A DNA stretch of 64,000 nt from an uncultured delta proteobacterium (GTDB taxonomy: Bacteria > Desulfobacterota > Desulfobacteria > Desulfobacterales > Desulfatirhabdiaceae): contig CAWBKP010000019.1 of the NCBI GenBank assembly GCA_963789395.1, forward strand, positions 137,245-201,244, read 5' to 3'. The first letter of the stretch is position 1. Each line of letters opens with the position of its first letter. Positions 33,935-44,260 of this stretch are shown here, in pieces. The translations under genes were made by a program, and so were the position numbers. The notes beneath the pieces were generated by a model. The model worked only from the letters and a program-made list of their open reading frames with translations, had not been told where the DNA came from and did no database searches.

Positions 33935-34644
33935 TGTCTGCTGACACGAAAGTCCGGCTGCAAAAATATCTCTCCATTGCCGGAATCTGTTCCAGGCGTC
34001 ACGGAGAGGAACTCATCCTAGCCGGAAAAATCTGTGTCAATGGCAAGGCCGTTACAGAACTGGGCACACGGGTTGATCCCGGGGTCGACACGGTTGAAAT
34101 TGACGGGAAACCTGTCCTGGATCGGCAGCGCCCGGTCTATATCGCGCTTAACAAGCCCCGTGGCTATGTCACGAGCTGCGAGCAGCCCGGTGAAAAACTG
34201 GTTACGGACCTGGTGAAGGTTCCGGAACGGATTTATCCGATCGGGCGCTTGGACAAGGATTCCACGGGACTGCTGCTGCTGACCAATGACGGGCCCCTTC
34301 ATCACCGGCTTTCCCACCCATCGTTTGATCATGAAAAAGAATATCTGGTTACGCTGGCAGGTCCGATATCGGATGCGGCGCTTCAGAAAATGGCGGAAGG
34401 GTTGCTCCTGTCTGGAAAGCGTACCCGTGCAGCCCAAGTTCATCGCATGTCTCTCCGGCGGTTCCGTATCATTTTAAAGGAAGGGAAAAACCGGCAGATC
34501 CGGCGCATGGTCCGGAAAGTCGGACAGGATGTCCTGCAGCTTCATCGTATCCGCATTGCCGGCATCCGCTTGGGCGATCTTGATTCCGGCAAATGGCGTT
34601 TTCTTGATGCGGATGAAATCGAGGCATTGAAGGCGGGCTGGTAA
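33934..34644 (+). CDS. RsuA/RluB-family rRNA pseudouridine synthase
   Basis: S4 domain RLQKYLS.AG.CSRR, NKPRG, GRLDKDSTGLLLLTNDG, EGKNRQIRRM. Confidence 0.93.
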   Translation: MSADTKVRLQKYLSIAGICSRRHGEELILAGKICVNGKAVTELGTRVDPGVDTVEIDGKPVLDRQRPVYIALNKPRGYVTSCEQPGEKLVTDLVKVPERIYPIGRLDKDSTGLLLLTNDGPLHHRLSHPSFDHEKEYLVTLAGPISDAALQKMAEGLLLSGKRTRAAQVHRMSLRRFRIILKEGKNRQIRRMVRKVGQDVLQLHRIRIAGIRLGDLDSGKWRFLDADEIEALKAGW

Positions 34645-34679
34645 ATTTTACCTGAACGCAAAATTCGTTCAGGTAAAAT
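34645..34679. terminator. 14-bp perfect hairpin between convergent genes, probable terminator
   Basis: ATTTTACCTGAACG-caaaatt-CGTTCAGGTAAAAT starting directly after the stop codon. Confidence 0.65.
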
Positions 34680-34761
34680 CCGAATGTCACACTCTGAAAC
34701 AGATTCTAAATACACATGTTAAAATAGATAGCTTTATCAGTCTGAAAACACACCATATTGA

Positions 34762-35758
34762 TCATGTTATACATATCGGGGAGACACACACCACCAGGGT
34801 GTGGCGGATTTGGCCAGAGTCCGGCGTCCGGGCGGAAGTGTCCGCCGCCATTTTTTGAAGCAGGGCCTCCGGCGACTGGTTTGCGAGGATGAATCCTTTG
34901 ACCGAGGCTGCATTTTCCCAGGCATAATCCGAGGACGGGGGTTCAAATGGTTTAATGGGAGACGGCCACGGAATTGCCTGGAGCCGGGACAGATATGACA
35001 TGATGCTTTCCTGCCAGAAACGGGTGCTGTCATCAAAGGTTTTGTGAACGGGAATACAGTTTATTTCAAGAATTGGAGCCATGTCGATCTCTCCTTGAAT
35101 CCACTCGAGAACAGAAAGACGGGAGGTGACCCAAATGTCTGCCGCCGATCGTTGCAGCCTATCCTGAAGAACCAGTCTGGACCAGGCCTGGAGTCTTTCT
35201 GCAAGCATAAAATCGCCGGGATCATCCTGAATGAGTGAAAGATTGCCCAGTGGAGCCGCCTCTTCCATTTCCGTATGATCTCCCAGAGCCGCCATGAACC
35301 GTTTTTCCAGGTTCTGTATTTTGGTAAAATCGCAATTGAGTTCAGCTTGCTGGGCATCATAAGCTGCGGCAATTTCCAGAAAAAGTCTGGCGTTAAAAGC
35401 CGGATCATGCACGGGCTCCAGATGAAGCATCCTGATAATGCAGAATATCGGATCGGATCCGGGACGACAGATTTTCCATAAAGGGCGATGCGGGTTGTCG
35501 GGCTTTAAAAAACGTCAGATCGTTTCCCTGATGCAATCTGGCCCAGTTCTGGTATTCGGTGACCAATGTTTCAAGTTTGTCGCTGTCTTTTGTAACCGGC
35601 ACCCGGATTTCAAGCGCACCGGCGTGTTCATACGGTTGCAGCAATGAAGGGACGTTGCAAACCGAGGACTGATACATGGCAATTTTGGGAAAAACGGCTG
35701 TAATGGCCTGAATTGTCGGCACGTCGGCCCATGTAAACGGAAAATATATCGGCGTCAT
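34762..35758 (-). CDS. Hypothetical protein split by a frameshift near 35420
   Basis: Overlapping ORFs 35405..35758 (MTPIYFPFT...) and 34762..35430 (...ARLFLEIAAAYD...) join into a ~330-aa protein; AGGAAG SD. Confidence 0.65.
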
Positions 35759-35848
35759 GAATGAAACTTCCTTTTAGACAGGTGATAAACTCCCATGTGT
35801 TTCCAGATCTACGAAGCGGGATGATGATAATTTTGCTATCGTGACCTG

Positions 35849-38146
35849 TTAAATTTTTCCGTCCCTTACAATAACGTTTCTGGCAACGAGCGCATCTCGA
35901 ATCTGATCCGCCAGTGCCCAGTTTTTCTCATGCCTGGCCCGGTTTCTCTTTTCGATCAGATCCTGAATGTCCTGAGGCACCGTCTCTTTGCTGGTTTGCA
36001 GTATATGAAGCACTCCGTCGATCTGCCGAATGGCGGCAAGAATTTTTAAAGCGTCTTCCGCGTCAAGGGCTTTTTGCTGAATCAGGCGGTTGATCTGCTT
36101 GATGCGGGTAAAAAGCGATGCCAGTGCGGCGGAAATATTCAAATCATCATCCATGGCTGCGATAAAACCGTTCCGGATATCATAGACGAGCTGATCGATT
36201 TCCGCATATGAATCGCATTGCAACTTCGAACCGATGACGTGGTCCAGATTTTCCATAAATGTATCAAGCCGGTTCAGCGCTTTCCGGGCCGAATCCAGCC
36301 GGCTCCTGGAAAATGTCAACGGCTTGCGATAATGGCCGGAAAGCAGCCAGTAGCGGACGACCCGACCCGAATAGCCCATTGCCGCCAGGCTTTCCAGGGT
36401 AATCCGGTCTTTTTTCTCGTCCACTTTTTTCCCGTCAATAAGCACCCGGTCGCAGTGAATCCAGAACCGGGCAAGGGGTTTTCCATGTAATGCCGCGGCA
36501 ATGGCGATTTCATTCTCGTGGTGCGGAAACATCAATTCCCGCCCGCTGGTGTGGATGTCAAAAGACGGCCCCAGATACTTCATGGACATCGCCGCGCATT
36601 GCAAATGCCATGACGGTCGGACATTTCCCCAGGGGGTCTTGCTGTAGATTCCCCGTTTCAGCTCGGAAAGACGGGATCTTTTCAGCAGGGTAAAATCCCG
36701 GGGATTGTCTTTTTCATAGTCATCCAGATCCACGGTTGCGCCAATGCGGATTTTGTTCAGGTCAATCCCGGAGAGCATGCCATAATCGGACAGCCGGGAA
36801 ATATCAAAATACAGCGAATGGAGTTTTTCATAGGCGAATCCCTTGCGGGCCAGTTGTTCGGAAAGATCCACCATATCCTGAATATGCTCGCTGGCTTTCG
36901 GATAGCTGGTTGCGGGCTTGATCCCCAGTTCGTCGATATCCCGGTAAAACAGATCGATGTATTGCTGCGTAAAATCAGACAGACTCGTACCCGCTGCTTC
37001 AGAGCCTTCAATGGTTTTATCATCCAGATCGGTAATATTCATGATGTGGGTAACATCAAACCCCCTGAAATCCAGGTAGCGACTGAGCAGATCCGAAAAC
37101 ACAAACCGCCGGCAGTCACCGGTATGCATCCGGGCATGGGCCGTGGGACCGCAGGAATACATCGAAACCTTGCCAGGGACCAGGGATTGAAAGGGTTCTT
37201 TTCGGCGAGTGAGCGTATTGAAGAGATACATTTCAATTTTTTCGCGAACTGCAAAAAGCGATGTGCTGAGATAGCGCTCGCCGGAATCCGGAAAAATCAC
37301 CACAATTACCCCTTCGCTAAGCGATTCAGCCTCTTTTGCGGCAATGGCCATGGCGGCGCCGCTGCTCATTCCGACAAAAAGCCCCTCATCTCTGGCAAGC
37401 CGTCGCGTCATTTCAAAGGCTTCCTCATCGTCGATGTTGACCTTTTTGTCCAGTCGGCCTTTATCATAAATTTCGGGCTGATAGGCCTCCTTCATGTTTT
37501 TAAGTCCCTGGATTTTATGCCCGAGATACGGTTCAACGCCGATAATACGAATCCGGGAATTGAATTCTTTCAGCCTTCTGGACATGCCCATCAACGTTCC
37601 GGATGTACCCATGGTGGCCACCAGGTGGGTGATCTGGCCTTGCGTCTGCTCCCAGACCTCAACCGCGGTGCCATGGTAATGAGCCTGCCAGTTGGCCGGG
37701 TTGTTGTACTGGTCGGCCATGAAATACGTTTGCGGGTTTTCCCTGGCCAGGCGGTATACTTCCTCGATTGCCCCGTCGGTTCCCAGATGTCCCGGAGTGA
37801 GCATGATTTCAGCGCCTCTGGCTCTCAGTATCTTCTGGCGTTCCATGCTGACGGCCTCGGACATGGTCAGCAACAGTTTGTATCCTTTAACCGAACAGAC
37901 CAGAGCCAGTCCAATGCCGGTGTTCCCGCTGGTTGCCTCAACCACGGTATTTCCGGGCTTGAGTTTGCCGGATTTTTCGCCGGCTTCGATCATACTCAGG
38001 GCAGGCCTGTCCTTGATGGATCCGCCGGGATTGAAATACTCCAGCTTGGCAAAAATCCGGACAGCCGGATTGGGATTTAACTGCCTGATTTCAACCAGAG
38101 GCGTATTGCCGATAGTGTCCAGTATGGAAGCGTACTTCATATGCAT
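35849..38146 (-). CDS. Fusion of cysteine synthase (CysK/CysM, PLP) and a cysteinyl-tRNA synthetase-like domain
   Basis: One uninterrupted 765-aa ORF. N-terminal: IGNTPL, KLEYFNPGGSIKDR, EATSGNTG, HKIQG, G.SSGA, PDSGERYLST. C-terminal from ~37231: FNTLTR.KE.F, CGPT, NITD.DDK, WH..C.AMS, FPHHENE, HYR, ADQIRD.L. Confidence 0.93.
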   Translation of the reverse strand: MHMKYASILDTIGNTPLVEIRQLNPNPAVRIFAKLEYFNPGGSIKDRPALSMIEAGEKSGKLKPGNTVVEATSGNTGIGLALVCSVKGYKLLLTMSEAVSMERQKILRARGAEIMLTPGHLGTDGAIEEVYRLARENPQTYFMADQYNNPANWQAHYHGTAVEVWEQTQGQITHLVATMGTSGTLMGMSRRLKEFNSRIRIIGVEPYLGHKIQGLKNMKEAYQPEIYDKGRLDKKVNIDDEEAFEMTRRLARDEGLFVGMSSGAAMAIAAKEAESLSEGVIVVIFPDSGERYLSTSLFAVREKIEMYLFNTLTRRKEPFQSLVPGKVSMYSCGPTAHARMHTGDCRRFVFSDLLSRYLDFRGFDVTHIMNITDLDDKTIEGSEAAGTSLSDFTQQYIDLFYRDIDELGIKPATSYPKASEHIQDMVDLSEQLARKGFAYEKLHSLYFDISRLSDYGMLSGIDLNKIRIGATVDLDDYEKDNPRDFTLLKRSRLSELKRGIYSKTPWGNVRPSWHLQCAAMSMKYLGPSFDIHTSGRELMFPHHENEIAIAAALHGKPLARFWIHCDRVLIDGKKVDEKKDRITLESLAAMGYSGRVVRYWLLSGHYRKPLTFSRSRLDSARKALNRLDTFMENLDHVIGSKLQCDSYAEIDQLVYDIRNGFIAAMDDDLNISAALASLFTRIKQINRLIQQKALDAEDALKILAAIRQIDGVLHILQTSKETVPQDIQDLIEKRNRARHEKNWALADQIRDALVARNVIVRDGKI

Positions 38147-38148
38147 TT

Positions 38149-38812
38149 TCAGACATCCTGTGCGGATTGATTCATGAATAGCCGGATTTCAAATTCCAAA
38201 ACCCGTAAAATCTGGGCCTGAACCTGATCCATCGCTTTGAGATGCATCGATAATCCGGAATCTCTCGGGTTCTTTCTCGGCAATTGCCAGGTAACCGGCT
38301 CTGACCCGTTCATGAAACGCAAGGGTTTCGTTTTCAAACCGGGATTCGGTATTGGTTCGGGATCCGGACGTTAGCTGCTTCCATGCCCGCGGAAGTCCCA
38401 TATCGGGCGGCAGATCCAGAAGAAAAGTCAGATCGGGTTTTAAATTCCGGCAAATCAGTTTGTGCAGATCCAGGATCAATGTCATGTCCAGACCCCTTGC
38501 AACTCCCTGATAGGCAAGGGTCGCATCAAAATACCGGTCGCAGATGACAATATTGCCGTCTGCGATCATGGGAAGGATGATTTCCTGAATATGCTGAATC
38601 CGATCCGCGGTATAAAGTAGCAGTTCTGCCGCAGGATTCATGGCCGAGCTTTCAGGGTCCAGTAAAATGGACCGGATTTTTCCGCCAATCCGTGTTCCCC
38701 CGGGCTCTCGCGTCATGATGCACTTGAGGCCCGCTTTGTTCAGAAAATTAAATATATGAAGAATCTGCGTTGATTTGCCCGATCCTTCAATGCCTTCAAG
38801 TGTAATAAACAT
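38149..38812 (-). CDS. tmk: Thymidylate kinase; frameshift near 38235
   Basis: FITLEGIEGSGKSTQ, TREPGGT, ICDRY; last helix MDQVQAQIL lies in overlapping ORF 38149..38337. Confidence 0.93.
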
Positions 38813-38863
38813 ATCGCTCGTCGTTGGGGTTAATGACAGGTCGCATTGAATCAGATACCGTTA

Positions 38864-39817
38864 TCAGTCTTTTTTCCCCATGTAAAAATGCCGATCCAGC
38901 AGCTTGTGATAGGATGTCCAGGCCGCATTGGGGTCTTCGGAAGCCATGAACTCGCGAATTCCCTTTACTTTGGAATCGATTTCATCAATATGATTCAGCA
39001 GAACCGCTTCAATGGTTTTGGGCATCTCCGGAGAGCCGAATTCCCGGACGCCATGATGGCTGACGACAAGGTGTTTTAAAAGAACAGCCTGCTCTTCGGG
39101 GAAATCCGTGATCAGCTTCATTTTTTCATCGATGATTTGAATGCCGATCACGATATGGCTGAGGAGTCTGCCTTCACTGGTATAATCGATATGGGAGCTG
39201 AATTCAAATTCCCGGATTTTGCCGATATCATGAAGAATGGCGCCGGCCAGCAGCAGATCCCGATCAACGCCGGTGTAATGGCCGGCTAGTTTGTCGACGA
39301 GAATCGCCATGGACAGGGTATGCTCCAGCAATCCGCCGATATAGGCATGATGCATTTTTTTAGCAGCCGGCGCGGTTTTGAAAAGGCGAACCAGATCGGC
39401 ATCCGCCCAGAACTGCCTGAACAGGTCATGAAGACAAGGCGTTTTGAGCGTGTCTGTGATCTGGCAGAGCTTTGCAAACATGGCGTCGATGTTGCGGGTG
39501 GTCACCGGCAAAAAATCGGCGGGTTCAACGTGTTCAGCGGCGGATCGGGTTGCAGTCCGGACAACCAGTTGAAGCATTCCCCGATACTCTGAAACGCTGC
39601 CCTTGACCTGAACATAATCACCGGCGGAAATTTGCTCGACTGTTGCCTCGACATTGTCCCAGAGAACGCCCTTGAGGGTGCCGGTTCTGTCCATGAAGGA
39701 AAGGTTCAGATAGTTTTTCCCATCTTTTTTCTGCGCCAGATTTTTTTCAGACAGCACAAAAACATCGTCCACGGTTTCACCGGGTTTCAGAGAACTGACA
39801 AACTGTTGCTTGGGCAT
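38864..39817 (-). CDS. yhaM: OB-fold/HD-domain 3'-5' exoribonuclease (YhaM/CBF1 family)
   Basis: OB fold (YL.L...DRTG....V.W), PAA..MHHAY.GGLLEH, LHDIGK, SHHG..E.GSP. Confidence 0.88.
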   Translation of the reverse strand: MPKQQFVSSLKPGETVDDVFVLSEKNLAQKKDGKNYLNLSFMDRTGTLKGVLWDNVEATVEQISAGDYVQVKGSVSEYRGMLQLVVRTATRSAAEHVEPADFLPVTTRNIDAMFAKLCQITDTLKTPCLHDLFRQFWADADLVRLFKTAPAAKKMHHAYIGGLLEHTLSMAILVDKLAGHYTGVDRDLLLAGAILHDIGKIREFEFSSHIDYTSEGRLLSHIVIGIQIIDEKMKLITDFPEEQAVLLKHLVVSHHGVREFGSPEMPKTIEAVLLNHIDEIDSKVKGIREFMASEDPNAAWTSYHKLLDRHFYMGKKD

Positions 39818-39850
39818 TTAAATTACCTTAAAGACTGAATAGTAAGCATT

Positions 39851-40666
39851 TCATGGTTGATGTGTCCCCGATTGCCGCTCCCGGAAAGCCGTCGGTGAAT
39901 CACTTTCAGGCAAGGCGATATTCCAGGATTTCAAGTCGTTCATGACTTCATAATCGGTCATGTCGCAGCGCATGGGGGTTATCGAGATGGATTCATGGCT
40001 GAGCACGTAGCCATCCATGTCGCTGCCCCTGAAATCCGCCGGAGACTCCAGCTCCTGCCAGTAATATGTCCGATTCCGGGGATCCACCCTTTTTTCAAAC
40101 CCTTCCCGTGAAACGGAAATACCCTGGCTGCTGATGGAAATGCCGCGAACGGTTTTTAAGGGGATATTCGGAAGATTGACGTTAAGAAACACGCCGCCGG
40201 GAAGTCCGTTTTTCATGACCACTTCGGCAAGTTCTTCCATGAATGCGGCGGCTTCTTCAAGAAAAGCCGGTTGGGAACTGTTGATGGAAACTGCCATGGA
40301 TGCCAGCCCCAGCAGAGCTGCTTCGCGCGCTGCCGCAACTGTTCCAGAATAATGGGCGTTAATGCCGACATTGGCGCCGGGGTTGATTCCGGAAATTACC
40401 AAGTCCGGACGGGTTTCAAGGATTTCCATAATGCTGAGTTTGATGCAGTCTGCGGGGGTTCCGTTAACCGCATATCCCCTGCCTTCCCCATTGACGCGGA
40501 TGTGTGTGGCGCGAAGCGGTTCATGTAGGGTGATTCCATGACCCACTGCGCTGCGTTCCCTATCCGGCGCCACCACAGTCACGGTGTGAGTAAATGAGAA
40601 ACGGCGATGCAGCGCCCAAATTCCCGGAGCGTAAATACCATCATCATTGGTTAATAAAATATTCAT
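39851..40666 (-). CDS. surE: 5'/3'-nucleotidase SurE
   Basis: ILLTNDDG..APG, GTPADC, SGINPGAN, YSGTVAAA.EA. Confidence 0.97.
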   Translation of the reverse strand: MNILLTNDDGIYAPGIWALHRRFSFTHTVTVVAPDRERSAVGHGITLHEPLRATHIRVNGEGRGYAVNGTPADCIKLSIMEILETRPDLVISGINPGANVGINAHYSGTVAAAREAALLGLASMAVSINSSQPAFLEEAAAFMEELAEVVMKNGLPGGVFLNVNLPNIPLKTVRGISISSQGISVSREGFEKRVDPRNRTYYWQELESPADFRGSDMDGYVLSHESISITPMRCDMTDYEVMNDLKSWNIALPESDSPTAFRERQSGTHQP

Positions 40667-40805
40667 CTTCTTGCTCTTATACCAAATTCACGATTTTTTA
40701 AAGCAGGTATTTTCTGAACAAGATCTTGACATTTTGGTTCAACTTCGATTGTATAAGCACCATGTATATCCATTATCTCCAATCGCTATTCTATCGGGTC
40801 AGGCA

Positions 40806-43089
40806 GTGCGTCTGAACCGGTTTTACTTCTATTTGGCAATTCTCTGCTGTCTGTTGATAGCAGTTTGTGCCCATGCATTTCCAAATATCTCGGCAGGCCA
40901 GGATTCTGCCGACACGCCCTGGCATATTATGGCGGATGAAATCTCCCATGATCAACAAACCGACCAATACATCGCCAGCGGGCATGTAACGATCAGCAAA
41001 GAAGCCCGGCGACTGTCCGCGGACTTTGTCCGTTTTGATCACAGGACCATGATGGCCTATGCCAGAGGCCATGTCATGATGACGGCAGGCGATGATGTAT
41101 TGACTGGCTCAAGCATTGAAATGAATCTGGCTTCCGAGACCGGAACATTATACGAAGGCACGATTTTTATCAAAGAAAATCATTTTTTTGTCAGGGGGGA
41201 CAAACTTCAAAAAACCGGAGATAAGACTTATTCCGCCGAAACTGCCAGCGTATCTTCCTGTGATGGAGACGTGCCGGACTGGAAAATTTCGGGAAAAAAC
41301 TTGACGGTCACTATAGAAGGCTATGGCACGGTACATCATGCCTCGTTGTGGGTGAAAGAAGTGCCGGTTTTGTATTCTCCTTATTTGTTTTTCCCGGCAA
41401 AAACCCAACGTCAGTCCGGTCTTCTTAGTCCCCGCAACCGGTTATTCAGAAAAAAACGGTGTTGAATTCAGCCAGCCATTTTACTGGGCTATCAATGACC
41501 AGTCCGATGCCACGTTTTTTTTGACGTATTTAGCCAATCGCGGCGAAAAAACCGGTATGGAATACCGCTATGTTATAGATGCCGGAACAAAGGGAATGGC
41601 GATGGCGGATTATTTGCACGACCGGCAGGTGGATGACGGAACCGGGACCTGGGGATATTACGATGACAATACCCTGCGCACCAATACGGACCGCTACTGG
41701 TTCAGGATGAAGCACAATCAGGCGTTTTCTTCCGGATATAATGCCATGCTGGATTTGGATGTAGTCAGCGATCAGGACTATCTTCGAGATTTTCGGGATA
41801 TGTATATGGGGTACGAAGACGCCAATTTGAATTTTTTTAGACATTTCGGAAGAGATCTGGACGATTATAATGATCCGATCCGGACCAATCAGCTGAATGT
41901 CAACAAATACTGGTCAGGCTATGCGCTGAACACCCAAGTCCGCTGGTACGATAATGTCATTGCCCGTAACTGGGGAGACCCTGATGAATCCCTTCAGAGA
42001 CTTCCGTATGCGCAATTCTACGGCTCCAAGAAATACCTGTTTCAAACGCCTTTTTTTGCAGATTTTGATACGGAAGTCGCCAATTTTTACAGAAAGGACG
42101 GAACAAAGGGACAGCGGGCTGATATCTACCCCACGTTGTCTTATCCCTGGCGGTATCAGCAGTATTTCACCCTCGAGCCAACCATCGGCATACGTGAAAC
42201 CCTCTGGTATTCCGAAAACAATGAGAATGTTCCGGGTGACGCCCGATCCGCGCAGAATCGTAACATGTATGACGTCGGCGTGAACCTCTCCAGTGAACTA
42301 TTCAAAGTTTTTCAGGTCAATGGAGACAGCGTTGACCGGATAAAACATTCCTTTATGCCGCAGATCAGCTACCGTTTCATTCCAGAAACCAGCCAGATTC
42401 TCTATCCCTATTTTAATCAACTGGACCGGATCCCGGAGCAGAATCTGGTAACAGCATCGCTGACCAACACATTTACATCCAAGCTAAAACCCCCCGAAGA
42501 CATGCCGGAAAGAGATCCCGGAATTCCGCCGCCTTATGCCTACCGAGAATTTCTGCGGTTTATGATCGAACAGAGCTATGACATGAATCGCCCGGAGTTG
42601 AATGAGAATAAACCCTTATTGCCCTTATACGGGGAAATGCAGCTTGAGCCCTACCGGTTTTTGACGCTTCAGGCGGACGCCGAATGGTCTCATGTTGACA
42701 GCGATTTCAAAACCCGGAATATTGGTGCATTGATATCGGATTTGCGAGGGGACCGCATTTTTGTCGAGTATCGGTATGAAACGCATGACAACGAATCCGT
42801 TTATACCGATTTGCTGGTATCCTTGACAGAACGCCTGAAGGCCTATACGTCTTACGAGCAGAACATTATGGACAGCCAGATGATTCAGTCCGGGGTGGGG
42901 ATGCGATACCAGTCCCAATGCTGGTCTGTTGATCTTCGATATCTTGATGAAGTGGATGACCAGAAATACATTTTTCTCATCAACCTCTCGGGCCTTGGTG
43001 GATTTGGTAGCGGTTCCCGAAGCATGAATGACATAGCCGGCCGCTATACGGCCTTTGATGCGCCTTATCAGGTAATCCGGGCGCAATGA
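40806..43089 (+). CDS. lptD: LPS-assembly outer-membrane protein LptD; frameshift near 41433
   Basis: Signal peptide, OstA-like beta-jellyroll, RQSGLL.P, then PFYWAI in the shifted frame, beta-barrel, C-terminal Y.SQCW and L.GLG. Confidence 0.88.
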
Positions 43090-43180
43090 AGTTGATAGCT
43101 AAAAAGGGAAACCGCCAAGAGCCTGGAGGAAAAAACCGGGACCCTGCCGGTAATGCCTTTAAACTGAAATTCAGCGGAGT

Positions 43181-44182
43181 ATGTGCATGGTGATTGTCAA
43201 AACCCCCCTTCGGCTCAGTTTTGTCGGGGGTGGATCGGATATCAGGGATTACTATCAGCAGAAAACCGGAATGGTGGTCTGCACGGCAATCGATAAATTT
43301 GTCTACGCCATCGTCAAGGAGCGTTTCGACGAATTGATTTACATCAACTATTCGAAAAAAGAATGCGTTGAGAGAGTGTCGGATATTCGCCATGACCTGG
43401 TTCGGGAAGCCATGAAGCTTACCGGCGTGACGCGCGGCATTGAAATCACCACCCTTGCGGACATTCCTTCAACCGGATCAGGTTTGGGAAGTTCCAGCGC
43501 AATAACCGTAGCCCTCCTTCATGCGTTTTATGCGTATCGAAATGTTCTGGTTACCGCCGAACGTCTGGCCAGGGAGTCCTGCCAGATTGAAATTGACATT
43601 CTCGGTAAACCTATCGGCAGGCAGGACCAGTATGCCGCAGCCTATGGGGGGGTGAATAAATTCATTTTTCATTCAGATGACACAACGGAAAGAGTGCCAG
43701 TTACGATTCGTAGAGCGGATCAGCGAAAATTCGCATCTTCCCTGCTGCTGTATTATACCGGCATTACCCGCAGTGCGGATGCGATTTTATCCCAGCAGAA
43801 AGCCAATTTCGTTCTTCCGGATAAGCGACGTACCATGGATGAAATGGTTGCCCTCGTGGATCCGTTTGCCGAGGCCATGGAAAAAGCCGATATTCATGAC
43901 TGCAGCCGGTTGCTGGCAAGGAACTGGGAACTGAAGCAGAATATGGCGGCCGGTATTTCGACCCCTGCCATCCAGGCCATGTATGAAACGGCATTGTCAG
44001 CGGGCGCTCTGGCGGGAAAAGTCGCCGGGGCGGGCGGCGGCGGGTTTCTGTTGCTGGTTGTTCCCAGAGAACGTCAGAACCAGGTATTTGAAGCCATGAA
44101 GGCATACCGGGAACTGCCGTTCATGATTGAAGAAAGCGGCAGCAAAGTCATTTTTGACGACACGTCATACTCCAGCAAATAA
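43181..44182 (+). CDS. hddA: D-glycero-alpha-D-manno-heptose-7-phosphate kinase (GHMP family)
   Basis: PLRLSF.GGGSD, GSGLGSSS, IG.QDQYAAAYGG, GKVAGAGGGGF. Confidence 0.85.
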   Translation: MCMVIVKTPLRLSFVGGGSDIRDYYQQKTGMVVCTAIDKFVYAIVKERFDELIYINYSKKECVERVSDIRHDLVREAMKLTGVTRGIEITTLADIPSTGSGLGSSSAITVALLHAFYAYRNVLVTAERLARESCQIEIDILGKPIGRQDQYAAAYGGVNKFIFHSDDTTERVPVTIRRADQRKFASSLLLYYTGITRSADAILSQQKANFVLPDKRRTMDEMVALVDPFAEAMEKADIHDCSRLLARNWELKQNMAAGISTPAIQAMYETALSAGALAGKVAGAGGGGFLLLVVPRERQNQVFEAMKAYRELPFMIEESGSKVIFDDTSYSSK

Positions 44183-44260
44183 TACGGCACGGGTCGAATA
44201 TGCATCGCGGCTTTTTCGGATCAGGAGCTTAGGCGGAAGATAGAAAGATAAAGAGATATT

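Noticed and set aside
36818..38080. Long antisense ORFs (e.g. 36818..38080, 17355..18305, 48464..49567, 52677..53807, 50610..51479)
   Set aside because: They lie opposite well-supported genes, have no recognisable motifs and are expected shadow ORFs.
44230..44240. ops-like GGCGGAAG before the epimerase
   Set aside because: Mismatch in the core GGCGGTAG; too short to support.
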